From the NCBI GenBank assembly GCA_012295275.1, contig CM022678.1, positions 7,688,001-7,752,000 of the forward strand: a DNA stretch of 64,000 nt, given 5' to 3'. Below are positions 1 to 15,579 of the stretch, in pieces. Source of the DNA: Chrysomallon squamiferum. Taxonomy: Eukaryota; Animalia; Mollusca. The position numbers were made by a program, and so were the translations under genes. The notes under the pieces are model-generated. The model searched no databases. It had not been told where the DNA came from and saw only the letters and a list, made by a program, of their open reading frames with translations. How positions within the stretch are numbered: position 1 is the first letter of the stretch; each line of letters begins with the position of its first letter.

Positions 1-2466
1 AGGATTATGATGATTGCAGATAAACATGCAAATGTACTAATGTATGAGAGAGAGGATTAAGGAATGGAGAGAGAGAGGGAGAAGGAGAATGATATTTGGG
101 TGCATATTTTATATAATTTATCATATAGCATAAAGAGACCTCATACTTTAAATTCAACATTTTGAACAAGCAATTTTAAAACTTTCAGATGAATTACAAC
201 TTTTAACGCATCCAGTGAACTTCCATCAGGCACTGAGGACACAATTATTTTCTGCTTAAATAAAGTTGTACTGCTGCCATTGAAAATGAAAAAAATCTGA
301 GCAGGTGAATTGGATTTGTTTTTTATTTAAATATTTCTCATTGTTCTAAACATAATTAAGTTTAATTTAATTTAATGCGGGAGTTTGCAGTTTGTTAATA
401 ATATATCAGTAGGTAGACATGCACATACACACAAATTACATTAGTACCTTGTAAACACACACAAATTACATTAGTATCTTGTAAACACACAGTACACTTT
501 TTACCATGTACATTTGTCAGGCACATTCCTAGAATTACATTCATATAAATATGATTATTTTGGTGTAAATTTCTATATTATAAAACAAAAGAAGAAGACA
601 AGAAGCATCATATTGTAAAATGTTTAACTTTCCTATTAACAGTGTGACTGTTCTTGTGATGACAGACATACTAAAAGACATGAGACATATGTACAGTAGC
701 TGTTGTCTGTCGTCTCTGTTGTCTGAAGTGTCTCAGTTTTCACGGTTTGTTAAATAACACATTTTTTTTGTAAATAAAAAGTATGAATCACATGGTAACT
801 TTAAATTTAGCATAAAGTAAATTTATGAATCTTAATATCTAGTTAAAAGAGGATGGGGCTTTGGGGCGCTTTTTGATTTTATATTTCATAATCAACAAAA
901 TTCATATTTTATTATTAGGTCTGGGTTTTTTTGTTTTTGGTTTTGAATATAATTTGTACAAATCTCTCTCTCTCTGTCTCTCTGACTGTCTGTTTGTCTA
1001 TCAGTTATCACATCCTTTTCATCCTCCTTAACCTCTTTTACTATGTTATTAAATATTAATTGCCTCATTTTGTTTATCTTTTCTTCAGATATATGTTTGA
1101 AAGATGGGTTAGGAATAGCTAATTCTTTACATAATCTACGCCTCACCAAAACATTCTGTGAACGGCATCTTCCATCAACTTTTTCCATTTCACCTACGAG
1201 GATCTCCTGTACACACGAGACAGTATACGAGAAAACCTCTTAGCCTTTCTCACAGAGCTGTTCTTCTGGTTTGAAATGATAAAACTGACAGAGACAGGAC
1301 AGCTGCTGAATGATCAGGAAGCAGAAAGTAAGTTTTGTGAGAGTTTTTAATTACATTGCAAGTCCACAATTGTATTGTATCTTTTTTTAAATGAATTTAT
1401 GAAATTTGTTATTGTCCTGGAAACATTGGGATTTTGTAATATTCAGTTTTAGTGTTTATACTGGAGTGGTGTAGCAATACTGATATCAAAAGAATGTCTT
1501 TAGAAGTTTACCTTTAATAGTTGCAACACTGTAGGCAGGATTTTAAAAGTTAATACTAAAATAGATGACGATGAACATAGTTTTATAAGTGGATATGCAC
1601 CAAATAATATTGCAGAAAATCTTTTATTTTTAAATGATTATGTAAATTTGTGGATGTTAAAAATATATTAATGACAGGAGATTTTAATGTAATTTTAGAT
1701 CCTAATTTAGATTTAGGCATTAATAATAAAACTTTCAGTGTGATAAGTAGTGATGAATTACAGTCAGTTATTTATAATTATAATTTAGTTGATATTTGGT
1801 TGAAATCCAGATAAAAAAACAATTTACTAGATCTCAAAATGTTGAAAAAAACTATAAAACAGTCAAAAATTAATTTATTTTTAATTTCTCAAAATTTATT
1901 ACAGTTTATAAGTAATGCATATATATCCTATACTTCAATTAGTGATTACAATTTTTTATCACTTGAAATAGATTTTTCTCGTGTAGAGAGAGATGAACGT
2001 ATTTGGATTTTTAATAATGAATTGTTGAAAGATGAACTTTTTTGTAAAGCTCTTGTTGAAGTAATTAATAATGCTTCTCAGGGTCCTTTGTTGCAGACTG
2101 AACCTGTTGTTTGGTGGAATAACTTAAAATATAAAACATTTTGCACTAAATAAGAGACAATTAGACAACGAAAAATATTATAATATAAAAAATGCTTTAA
2201 AATGAGAATATCCTAAACTAGTTGTAAATAAGCATCATGATTTGAGTAACATACAAAGAAGAAAAGTTAAAATTAATTTAGAGATTAAGTGTAATGGTGC
2301 TATTTTAAGATCTAAAGCTCAATGGAATTTAGATATGGATAGAAATACGTAATATTTTTCTTAGTTTAGAAAAATCAAAACAGGAATCAAATTCTGTTAA
2401 AAAACTAAAAACAGTAAATGGATTAACTAGAAAAATGGAAGATATATTAGAATATGCTTATGAATT
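1..2466. repeat. Segmental duplication: inverted copy of about 52160-54571
   Basis: The reverse complement of 1-90 matches 54481-54571. Colinear similarity with small indels continues through the exons and the LINE to GAATATGCTTATGAATT at about 2466/52160. Confidence 0.95.
189..1327 (+). pseudogene. CAMSAP: CAMSAP/Patronin pseudogene copy A (3 exons visible, CH-domain region; likely continues off the left edge)
   Basis: AG/GT-bounded exons. 189-304 reads *ITTFNASSELPSGTEDTIIFCLNKV (cf. CAMSAP1 RFSTFSASKELPYDLEDAMVFWINKV). 643-744 reads VTVLVMTDILKD. 1089-1327 reads DICLKDGLGIANSLHNLRLTKTFCERHLPST/FHFTYEDLLYTRDSIRENLLAFLTELFFWFEMIK (cf. ICLKEVTSMADSLYNIRLLREF...LEDMLY...VFIAELFWWFE). Contains a premature TGA and frameshifts. 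Confidence 0.9.
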
Positions 2467-2542
2467 TTATTCAAAATTATTTACACAAGAAAATATAGAT
2501 ACTATTAAACAGGAAGAAATAATATATTTAATATCAAATAAA
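1464..2542 (+). mobile_element. L1/Tx1-clade LINE ORF2 fragment (endonuclease and linker), degraded
   Basis: Interrupted frames give SGVAILIS, GRIL, GYAPNN, GDFNVILDPNLD, SKINLFLISQ, SISDY, IWIFNNELLKDE, WWNNLKYK, GAILRSKAQW and EDILEYAYEFYSKLF. It is absent at the equivalent site of copy B (about 40825) and runs into the N gap. Confidence 0.88.
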
Positions 2543-2742
2543 NNNNNNNNNNNNNNNNNNNNNNNNNNNNNNNNNNNNNNNNNNNNNNNNNNNNNNNNNN
2601 NNNNNNNNNNNNNNNNNNNNNNNNNNNNNNNNNNNNNNNNNNNNNNNNNNNNNNNNNNNNNNNNNNNNNNNNNNNNNNNNNNNNNNNNNNNNNNNNNNNN
2701 NNNNNNNNNNNNNNNNNNNNNNNNNNNNNNNNNNNNNNNNNN
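2543..2742. other. Assembly gap (200 N)
   Basis: Run of N; the round size suggests a scaffolding gap. Confidence 0.99.
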
Positions 2743-5700
2743 CACACACACACTGATACACAAATGGAGATAAAGATAAAAAAACACGCACAAAGTATAC
2801 TTACATAGATATACACACAGACACTGATACACATAATGGAGATAAAGATAATACACGCACAAAGTATACTTACATAGATACACACATACACACACTGATA
2901 CACATAATGAGGATAAAATAAAACACGCACAAATCATACTAACATAGACACACACACTCAGTGATACACGTAATGGTGAAAAAGATAAAACACGCACAAA
3001 GTATATTAACATAGATATAAACACACACACACACACAGACACACAGATACACATAATGAAGATAAAGATAAAACACACACAAAGTATACTTACATAGATA
3101 CACACACACACACACACTGATACACACAACAGAGTAAAAGAAAAAACACGCACAAAGTATAGTTACATAAATACACACACAGAAAAACTCATACACATAA
3201 TGGAGATAAAGATACAAATCTCACAAAGTATACTTACATAAATACACACACAGAAACACTGATACACATAATGGAGATAAAGATAAAACACTCACAAAGT
3301 ATACTTACTTAGATACACACACACACACACAGACACTGATACACATAATAGAGATAAAGATAAAACTCGCATAAAGAATACTTACATAAATACACACACA
3401 GAAACACTGATACACATAATGGAGACAAAGACAGAACACGCACAAAGTATAGTTACATAGACACACACACACACACACACTGACACACATAAAGGAGATA
3501 AAGATAAAAATCACGCACAAAGTATAGTTACAGAGATTTCCACACACAGACACTGATACAAATAATGGAGATAAAGATAAATCACGCACAAAGAATACTT
3601 ACATAGATACACACGCACAAAGTATACATACATAGATACACAGACACTGATACACATAATGGAGATAAAGATAATACACGCACAAAGTATACTTACATAG
3701 ATACACATGCACAAAGTATACTCACATAGATACACACACACAGACACTGATACACATAATAGAGGTAAAGATAAAACACGCACAAAGTATAGTTACATAA
3801 AGACACACACAGAAACACTGATACACATAATGGAGATAAAGATAAAACAGGAACAAAGTTTACTTACATAGACACACACACACACACACTGATACACTTA
3901 ATGGAGATAAAGATAAAACACGAACAAAGTATACTTACATAGATACAAATGCACAAAGTATACTTACATAGAAAAACACACACACTGATACACGAAATGG
4001 AGATAAAGAAAAAACACGCCCAAAAAAATACTTACATAGGTATACACACAGATACCCTGATACACATAATGGAGATAAAGATAAATCACGCACAAAGTAT
4101 ACTTAAATAGATACACACACAGACACTGATACACATAATGGAAATAAAGATAAAAGACGCACATGGTATACTTACATAGATACACACATACACACACTGA
4201 TACACATAATGAGGAAAAAGATCAAACACGCACAAATCATACTAACATAGACACACACACTCAGTGATACACGTAATGGTGAAAAAAATAAAAAACACGC
4301 ACAAAGTATACTAACATAGATACACACACACACAGACACTGATACACATAATAATAGATAAAGAAAAAAACACGCACAAAGTATACCGACATAGATACAC
4401 AAACACACACACACACGTACACTGATAAACATAATAGACATCAAGATAAAACACTCAAAAAGTATACTTACATAGATACAAACACACACACACAGACACT
4501 GATACACATAATAGAGATAAAGATAAAACACGCATAAACTATAGTTACATAAATACACACAGAGAAACACTGATACACATAATGGAGATAAAGAAAAAAA
4601 ACGCACAAAAGTATAGTTACATAGACACAAACACACAAACACACTGATACACATAAAGAGATAAAGATAAAAAACACGCACAAAGTATAGTTACATAGAT
4701 AGACACACACACACACACTGATACACATAATGGAGATAAAGATAATACACTCACACAGTATACTTACATAAATACACACACAGAAACACTGAAACACATA
4801 ATGGAGATAAAGATAAAAAACACTCATAAAGTATACACACACTGATACACATAATAGAGATAAAGATAAAACACGCACAAAGAATAGTTACATAAATACA
4901 CACACAGAAACACTGATACACATAATGGAGATAAAGATAAAACACGCACAAAGTATAGTTACATAGACACACACACACACTGATACACATAAAGGAGATA
5001 AAGATAAAAATCACGCACAAAGTATACTTACAGAGATTTACACACACAGACACTGATACACATAATGGAGATAAAGATAATACACGGACAAAGTATACTT
5101 ACATAGATACACACGCACAAAGTATACTTACATAGATACACACGCACAAAGTATACTTACATAGATACACACACACACTGATACACATAAAGGAGATACA
5201 GATAAAAAACATGCACGAAGTATAGTTACATAGATATAGACAGACACACTGATACACACAATGGAGATATAGATAAAAAAAACACGCACAAAGTATACAT
5301 TACATAGATATACATGCACAAAGTATACTCACATAAATACACACACACACACAGACACTGATACACATAATAGAGATAAAGATAAAACACGCACAAAGTA
5401 TAGTTACATAGATATAAACACACAGCAACTGATACACATAATGGAGATAAAGATAATACACGCACAAAGTATACTTACATAGATACACATGCACAAAATA
5501 TACTCACATAGATACACACACACACACAGACACTGATACACATAATAGAGGTAAAGATAAAACACGCACAAAGTATAGTTACATAAAGACACACACAGAA
5601 AAACTGATGCACATAATGGAGATAAAGATAAAACAGGAACAAAGTTTACTTACATAGACACACACACACACACTGATACACATAATGGAGACAAAGATAA

Positions 5701-8700
5701 AACACGAACAAAGTTTACTTACATAGAAACACACACACACACACTGACACACATAAAGGAGACAAAGATAAAAAACACGCACAAAGTATAGTTACATAAA
5801 TACACACACAGAAACACTGATACACATAATGGAGATAAAGATAAAACACTCACAAAGTTTACTTACATAGAAACACACACACACACACTGATACACATAA
5901 TAGAGATCAAGATAAAACACGCACAAAGTATAGTTACATAATTACCCACACAGAAACAGTGATACACATAACGGAGATAAAGATAAAACACTCAAAAAGT
6001 ATACTTACTTAAATACACACAAAGAAACACTGATACACATAATGGAAATAAAGATAAAACACGCACAAACTATACTGACATAGCTACAAACACACACACA
6101 CAGACACTGATACACATAATAGAGATAAAGATAAAACACGCATAAACTATAGTTACATAAATACACACACAGAAACACTGATACACATAATGGAGATAAA
6201 GAAAAAACACGCACAAAGTATAGTTACATAGATAGACACACAAACACTGATACACATAATGGAATTAAAGATAAAAAAAACAGGCACAAAGTATAGTTAC
6301 ATAGATACAGACACACATACACTGATACACATAAAGAAGATAAAGATAAAAAAACACGCATAAAGTATAGTTACATAGATATACACACACAAACACTGAT
6401 GCACATAATGCAGATAAAGATAATACATTCACACAGTATACTTACATAAATACACACACAGAAACACTGCTACAGATAATGAAGATAAAGATAAAACACT
6501 CACAAAGTATACTTACATAGATACACACACACACACACAGACACTGATACACATAAAGGAGATAAAGATAAAACACGCACAAAGTATACTTACATAGATA
6601 CACACACACACTGATACACATAAAGGAGATACAGATAAAAAACACGCACAAAGTATAGTTACATAGATATAGACACACACACTGATACACATAATGGAGA
6701 TATAGATAAAAGAAACACGCACAAAGTATAGTTACATAGATATACACACACACAACTGATACACATAATGGAGATAAAGATATTACACACAAAAGTGATA
6801 AACATAAATGGAGATAAAGATAAAAAACACACAAAGTATACTTACATAGATACACACACACAGACACTGATACACATAATGGAGATAAAGATAAAAAAAC
6901 GCACAAAAGTATACTTACATAGATACACACACACAAAGTATACTCACATAGATAGATACACACACACACACACTGATACACATAATGGAGATAAAAGATA
7001 AAACACGCACAAAGTATAGTTACATAGATATACACACAGAAAACTGATACACATAATGGAGATAAAGATAAAACACGCACAAAGTATAGTTACATAGATA
7101 CACACACACACACACTGATACACATAATGGAGATAAAGATAAAACACGCACAAAGTATACTTACATAGAAACACACACACACACACACACTGATACACAT
7201 AATGGAGATAAAGATAAAACACGCACAAAGTATAGTTACATAAATACACACACACACACACTGATACACATAATGGAGATAAAGATAAAACACGCACAAA
7301 GTATACTTACATAGAAACACACACACACACACACTGATACACATAATGGAGATAAAGATAAAACACGCACAAAAAGTATAGTTACATAAATACACACACA
7401 CACACACTGATACACATAATGGAGATAAAGATAAAACACGCACAAAGTATACTTACATAGATACACACACACAAACACTGATACACATAATGGAGATAAA
7501 GATAAAACACGCACAAAAACACGCACAAAGTAAAGTATACAACATAGATACACACACAGACACTGATACACATAATGGAGATAAAGATATAAAACACGCA
7601 CAAAGTATACTTACATAGATACACACACAGAAACACTGATACACATAATGGAGATAAAGATAAAACACGCACAAAAGTATAGTTACATACATAGACACAC
7701 ACACACACACTGATACACATAATGGAATATAAAGATAAAAAACACACGCACAAAGTATAGTTACATAGATATAGACACACACACACACACTGATACACAT
7801 GATAAAACACATAATGGAGATACTAAAAGATAAAACACGCACAAAGTATACTTACATAGATACACACACACACACACTGATACACATAATGGAGATAAAG
7901 ATAAAACACGCACAAAGTATACTTACATAGATATACACACACAAACACTGCATACACATAATGGAGATAAAAATAAAAAACACGCACAAAAGTATATTTA
8001 CATAGATACACACACACACACACTGATACACATAATGGAGATAAAGATAAAACACGCACAAAGTATACTTACATAGATACACACACAGAAACACTGATAC
8101 ACATAAATAATATAAAGAAAAAAACACGCAAAAAGTATAGTTTACATAGATACACACACACAGAAACACTGATACACATAATGGAGATAAAAAATAAAAC
8201 ACACGCACAAAGTATAGTTACATAGATAGACACACACACACACACACTGATACACATAAAGGAGATAAAGATAAAAACACGCACAAAGTATAGTTACATA
8301 GATATACACACACACACTGATACACATAATGGAGATAAAGATAAAAAAACACAAAGTATAGTTACACAAAAGTATAGTTACATAGATATACACACACACA
8401 CACACACTGATACACATAATGGAGATAAAGATAAAAAACACGCACAAAGTATAGTTACACATATATACACACACACACACACACTGATACACATAATGGA
8501 GAAAAAAATAAATAAAACACACAAACAAAGTATACTTATACAACATAAATATACACACAGAAACACTGATACACATAATGGAGATAAAGATAAAACACGC
8601 ACAAAGTATACTTACATAGAAACACACACAAACACACACACACAAAGATAAAAAACAAAATACACATAATAGAGATAAAGATAAAACACGCACAAAGTAT

Positions 8701-11700
8701 ACACGCACAAAATAAATACACACACACACAAACACTGATACACATAATGGAGATAAAGATAAAACACGCACAAAGAATACTACATACATAGAATACACAC
8801 ACACACACACACACAGACACTGATACACATAATGGAGATAAAGATAAAACACGCACAAAAATATAGTTACATAAATACACACACAGAAACACTGATACAT
8901 AATGGAGATAAAGATAAAAAACACTCACAAAGTATACTTACATAAATACACACACACAAACACTGATACACATAATGGAGATAAAGATAAAACACGCACA
9001 AAGTATACTTACATAGATACACACACACACACACACACACATATACATAAAGGCAGATAAAGATAAAAACACACACAAACAAATAGTTACATAAATGATA
9101 CACACACACACACACTGATACACATAATGGAGATAAAGAAAAAAAACACGCACAAAGTATACTTACATAGATATACACACACACACTGATACACATAATG
9201 GAGATAAAGATAAAACACGACAAAAAGTATACTTACATAGATACACACACACACACATACACACACACACACAGAATATACACATAATGGAGATAAAGAT
9301 AAAACACGCACAAAGTATAGTTACATAAATACACACACACACACTTACATAGATACACACACACATATACACATAATGGAGATAAAGATAAAAAACACAA
9401 AAAAGTATAGTTACATAGACACACACACACACACACTGATACACATAAAGGAGATAAAGATAAAAACACGCACAAAGTATAGTTACATAGATACACACAC
9501 ACACACACTGATACACATAATGGAGATAAAGATAAAACACACACAAAAGTATACTTACATAGATACACACACACACACAGATATACATAAACAATAAAAA
9601 AAAAAAAACGCAAAAAAGTATACTTACATAGATATACACACACAAACACTGATACACATAATGGAGATAAAGATAAAACACGCACAAAAATATACTTACA
9701 TAGATACACACACACACACAAACACTGATACACATAATGGAGATAAAGATAAAAAAACACGCACAAAGTATAGTTACATAGATACACACACACACACACT
9801 GATACACATAATGGAGATAAAGATAAAAAACACGCACAAAGTATATAGTTTACATAGATATACACACACACACTGATACACATAATGGAGATAAAGATAA
9901 AACACGCACAAAGTATACTTACATAGATACACAACACACACACACACACACACACATACACATAATGAGAGATAAAGATAAAACACGCACAAAGTATAGT
10001 TACATAGATACACACACACAAACACTGATACACATAATGGAGATAAAGATAAAACACGCACAAAAAGTATAGTTACATAGATATACACACACACACACTG
10101 ATACACATAAAGGAGATAAAGATAAAAAAAAAAACGCACAAAAGTATAGTTACATAGATATACACACACACACACTGATACACATAATGGAGATAAAGAT
10201 AAAACACGCACAAAGTATAGTTACATAGATACACACACACACACACACACACTGATACACATAAAGGAGATAAAGATAAAAAACACACACAAAAGTATAG
10301 TTACATAGATATACACACACACACTGATACACATAATGGAGATAAAGATAAAAAAACACGCACAAAGTATAGTTACATAGATATACACACACACACACTG
10401 ATACACATAATGGAGATAAAGATAAAACACGCACAAAAAGTATAGTTACATAGATATACACACACACACACACACTGATACACATAATGGAGATAAAGAT
10501 AAAAAACACACAAAGTAAAGTATACATTACATAGATATACACACACAGACAACTGATACACATAATGGAGATAAAGATAAAACACGCACAAAAGTATACA
10601 TTACATAGATATACACACACACACACACACATAATGGAGATAAAGATAAAACACAAAAAAAAGACTTACATAGATACACACACACACATATACATACATA
10701 AATAGATAAAATAAAGATAAACACAAAACATAGTTACATAAATACACACACACAAACACTGATACACATAATGGAGATAAAGATAAAACACACACAAAGT
10801 ATAGTTACATAAATACACACACAGAAACACTGATACACATAATGGAGATAAAGATAAAACACGCACAAAGTATACTTACATAGATACACACACACAAACA
10901 CTGATACACATAATGGAGATAAAGATAAAAACACACAAAAAGTATACTTACATAGATATACACACACACACACTGATACACATAATGATAAAGATAAAAC
11001 ACGCACAAAGTATATACTTACATAGATACACACACACAAACACACACACACAAATATACACATAATGGAGATAAAGATAAAACACGCACAAAAAGTATAG
11101 TTACATAGATATACACACACACACACTGATACACATAAAGGAGATAAAGATAAAACACGCACAAAGTATACTTACATAGATATACACACACACACTGATA
11201 CACATAATAATGGAGATAAAGATAAAATAATATATACACACACACCCTGATACACACAAAGTATAGTTACATAGATATACACACACACACACTGATACAC
11301 ATAATGGAGATAAAGATAAAACACGCACAAAGTATACTTACATAGATACACACACACACACACTGATACACATAAAGGAGATAAAGATAAAACACGCACA
11401 AAGTATACTTACATAGATATACACACACACACACTGATACACATAATGGAGATAAAGATAAAAAACACACTTACATAGATATACACACACACACTGATAC
11501 ACACAATGGAGATAAAGATAAAACACGCACAAAGTATAATTACATTGAAAGACACACACACCCTGATACACATAAAGGAGATAAAGATAATACACGCACA
11601 AAGTATACTTACATAGATACACACACACACACACACAATACACATAAAGGAGATAAAGATAAAACACGCACAAAGTATAGTTACATAGATACACACACAC

Positions 11701-12130
11701 ACACACACACACACATGAATACACACACACACATACACATAATGGAGATAAAGATAAAACACACAAAAAGTATACTTACATAGATATACACACACAGACA
11801 CTGATACATATAATGGAGATAAAGATAAAACACGCAAAAAGTATACTTACATTGATACACACATACACACTGATACACATAAAGGAGATAAAGATAAAAC
11901 ACGCCTAAATTATAGTTACATAGATATACACACACAGACTCTGATACACATAATGGAGATAAAGATAAAACACGCACGAAGGATGCTTACATAGATACAC
12001 ACACACACTGATACACATAAAGGAGATAAAGATAAAACACGCACAAAGTATACTTACATAGATATACACACACAGACACTGATACACATAATGGAGATAA
12101 AGATAAAACAAGCACGAAGGATGCTTATAT
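2743..12130. repeat. Satellite array, ~70-bp unit with variable (CA)n spacer
   Basis: Unit CACTGATACACATAATGGAGATAAAGATAAAACACGCACAAAGTATA(C/G)TTACATAGATA(CA)n repeated over about 9.4 kb. Confidence 0.97.
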
Positions 12131-12269
12131 ACATGAAGCATTGTTAGTAACATAACCACCAATATTGCATCTACTAGCACACTACGATAACGATCACCCC
12201 AATAACATTATGACTACCACAACGACTGTTGTTTCCAATACCCACCATACTAGTTCCACCACAACTACT

Positions 12270-12371
12270 GCTACTGTAACCACCATTACTATTACAGCCA
12301 CTAATACTATTACTACAACTACTACTACTACTACTACTTGTACCAATATTGCGAATGCTATTTTTGGTGTT

Positions 12372-12428
<57 letters not shown>

Positions 12429-12430
12429 GA
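12270..12430. repeat. (TAC)n microsatellite
   Basis: Direct reading. Confidence 0.9.
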
Positions 12431-12737
12431 CACGACTGCTATGACGACTGCACATAACACTAATAAGAAAAACACAGCTGCAAAATGACAGAGAGGGAAA
12501 CGTTTTGTTTCTAAAATTATTTACCAGTGTAACCCATGCTAAACACTCAGAAAATAAAATACGAGTATGTTTTATCCGTTTTATTTTTTAGCTAATAATT
12601 TTACAGTCTGTAATTATTTTTATTTTTATTAGTAGTATTAGTATTAGTATTAATATTAGTGACAATGTAACATTTCAGTTAAAAAAACACATTTTTTGTA
12701 TTTTTCAACAGAAAGACTGATTTAATATTTGACCTTT

Positions 12738-12809
12738 TAATAATAATAATAATAATAATAATAAACAATAATAATAATAATAATAATAATAAAATAAATA
12801 CAAAACAAC

Positions 12810-12842
<33 letters not shown>

Positions 12843-12888
12843 ACAATTCAAACTAATAATAATAATAATAATAATAATAATTATAATA

Positions 12889-12957
<69 letters not shown>

Positions 12958-12968
12958 TCTAATAATAA
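12738..12968. repeat. (AAT)n microsatellite
   Basis: Direct reading. Confidence 0.9.
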
Positions 12969-13134
12969 CTGTAACAATAAAGTTTTCTCATCTGTTCTGT
13001 CAAGTACAAAAAACAATGTCTGTCAAGTACAAAACTCTTGAAAGACTGAACTGCTTGGTATCGTGTAATGGTTTGTGGTAAAAACGGATTGAAACATTTT
13101 TTTTATTACATTATTTTTATTAAATATTATTATT

Positions 13135-13214
13135 GTTAGTAATAGTAATAATAGTAAGAGCAGTAGTAGTAGAAGTAGTAGTAGTATAAATTGTATCAGT
13201 AGTAGTAGTAGTAA

Positions 13215-13279
<65 letters not shown>

Positions 13280-13328
13280 TAGTAGTAGTAGTAGTAGTAG
13301 TAATAATAGTAGTAGTAGTAGTATAATA

Positions 13329-13379
<51 letters not shown>

Positions 13380-13450
13380 ACAGTAGTTTAGTAGTAGTGT
13401 GTGTATAGTAGTAGTAGTAGTAGTAGTAAGTAGTAGTAGTAGTAGTAGTA
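13135..13450. repeat. (TAG)n microsatellite
   Basis: Direct reading. Confidence 0.9.
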
Positions 13451-13526
13451 TAAATTGTAGCATTGGCAGCGGTGGTTATAAACACGGTCAGATAGGAATA
13501 CAAATTTGAAAATGAGAATGAAGACA

Positions 13527-13652
<126 letters not shown>

Positions 13653-13989
13653 AAAACTACAAAAAAATACGGTTCTGTAAAATGAGACGATCCAAAGGAA
13701 AGACAGGAGATGAAGAGACAAGCTGGAAGGCAGAAAACGGAAGACACAGACACTGATTTCAGACACACAGACATACAGACACACACGCCTACATTCATTC
13801 GTACTATCCGTGTACGCATTAAACACGCATAACGCATACGGAAATGAAGACAATCGAACAAAACAACAACAATCTCGTAATAAATATTTTACTATATACA
13901 TATTTATTCATTGATTGATTCATTCATTCATTCATTCGATGAAAGAGTGAGTCACGTACGCACACAGACACGTTTCACAAACACAAATG

Positions 13990-14470
13990 CACACTGAACT
14001 GAACTGAACGTTACTTACACTCAGGTCGTAGACTACATAATAATAAAACACATACAACATATCAATAAATCAACCTGCGGTTTTGAAAAAAGGTTCATGA
14101 TTAGATTACAGAAAATGGAACGTTTTTTTTTTTAAAACACCAGCTTTTTTGAGAGTTAAATAATTTACAAAACTTATAAATACTTGGTTTAGATTGACCG
14201 AAAAACGGTTACTTTGATTCTTAAAAAAAAAAAAAAACTAAAACTTACATGTAAATATATAGTGAAACTCATTTCCGATGTCATAGTTATTACACAATGG
14301 ACATATTCTATTTTCCAATGATTTTTACATCTTCCCGCTTCAATAGGAAGATTATGATTTGGAAGTTTAAACCGCAACAGTGGGTAGCAGTATTTTCTGT
14401 CTGTAAGTTTGAAATATGTCTGGAATGTGAAATTGTGTTTAAATTGTCTATAATGTGAAGCTTTGTACCA
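13990..14470 (-). mobile_element. 3' end of an RTEX/CR1-like LINE
   Basis: Minus strand reads LLRFKLPNHNLPIEAGR and then, after a frameshift, RICPLCNNYDIGNEFHYIFTC. This is the C-terminal CCHC-type motif of invertebrate RTEX-like ORF2. A possible short tandem (GTTCA)n tail lies near 13993-14009. Confidence 0.75.
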
Positions 14471-14878
14471 ACACACTGACAGAGAGCAACACACTAATGT
14501 CCTGACCTGTCCAGTCACAGTAAGACCAGCCCTGTCTCTTATTTCCTACTGACAACACAACAGCATCAACAATTCCACCAACTCTTGACCAGTGGTCATC
14601 CTGGCCAGCAGTGACCTAGATTGCGGCCGACAAGAGCATCTGCCAGATCGGGAAAAAAGTGACATTCAATTGATGTACTGATCTGTTGCTGCAAAATCTG
14701 ATATCTGACTAAGATTCTGCTCAAACAAGATTAGATGGAAGAAGATTAAGCAATAACTCTTATGCAGTGAAGCTAAAATCGAAACAGTATAATTAAAAAT
14801 GTGTGTAGACAGGAAAGAATACATATCTGCTGTTATTGTTATGTATTTCCAGTGAAAGTCTGTACACACACAAATATT

Positions 14879-15369
14879 TTATTGAATACGTATAATTACA
14901 AAATAATCCAGGCGATCTCTGTTGCCGTATTCTGTGACCAGAGTCTGAAGCCGCTGGGTGGTGTCTCTGTAGACGTGACGCTGTGGGGTGGGGCTTCTCT
15001 GGCAAGTATCTGGTGCAGGGTTACAGTGTTGATGGATTGTTCTGTTTTTCACAACATCCAGAAACAGCCAGGTATTTGGATGACGACTGTAGTTTGTTGA
15101 CATGAACTTTGGAACAACACGCGGCTCTAACAGTTAAGTTTGTAGATAAACAAACAAAATAAGAAAAGTTTATTCTTTTTCATTATTCTCAAGTTTAAGC
15201 GATGTTTGGCCGCTTCAAAAACCTTGTTAACGACTCAGACTGAACGCGTGTCATTTGACAGTTAAGAGAGGTAGGGAGGGGGAATTTTCACGGGGGGGTG
15301 AAATGACCTATGGTGAAATCATGAGGGGAATGATCGGGGAGAATATCCGGGGGGAATGTCCGGACACCC
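14879..15369 (-). mobile_element. MULE/Mutator-like DNA transposon relic (one terminus plus transposase C-terminal fragment)
   Basis: ORF RHPNTWLFLDVVK...PQRHVYRDTTQRLQTLVTEYGNRDRLDY resembles the HPNIW..F...YR....RL..LV..Y...LDYL tail of animal MULE transposases. The G/C-run terminus GGTGTCCGGACATTCCCCCCGG (rc of about 15347-15368) is typical of these TIRs. Confidence 0.7.
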
Positions 15370-15579
15370 TTCTAAACAGTGTTGATACCACAAGCTACTC
15401 AGTGGTAAATAATACTGATACATGCAATCCCAAAGAAAAAGTAATTCCTTAGCTTCTACTGAAGTCTTATTTTGCCGTAAAATAACAAAAACAACAAAAA
15501 AAATAACGTAATCTGAAAGCTGTTATTTAAAACAAAGCAGCTGAAATAAACATTCCCAGAATCAATTCTTGCACCAGTG

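Noticed and set aside
2743-12130. CRISPR-like array (constant repeat with variable spacers) or Cys/Val-rich ORFs
   Set aside because: The spacers are only (CA)n of variable length, not unique sequence. There are no cas genes and the context is eukaryotic. The ORFs are satellite translations.
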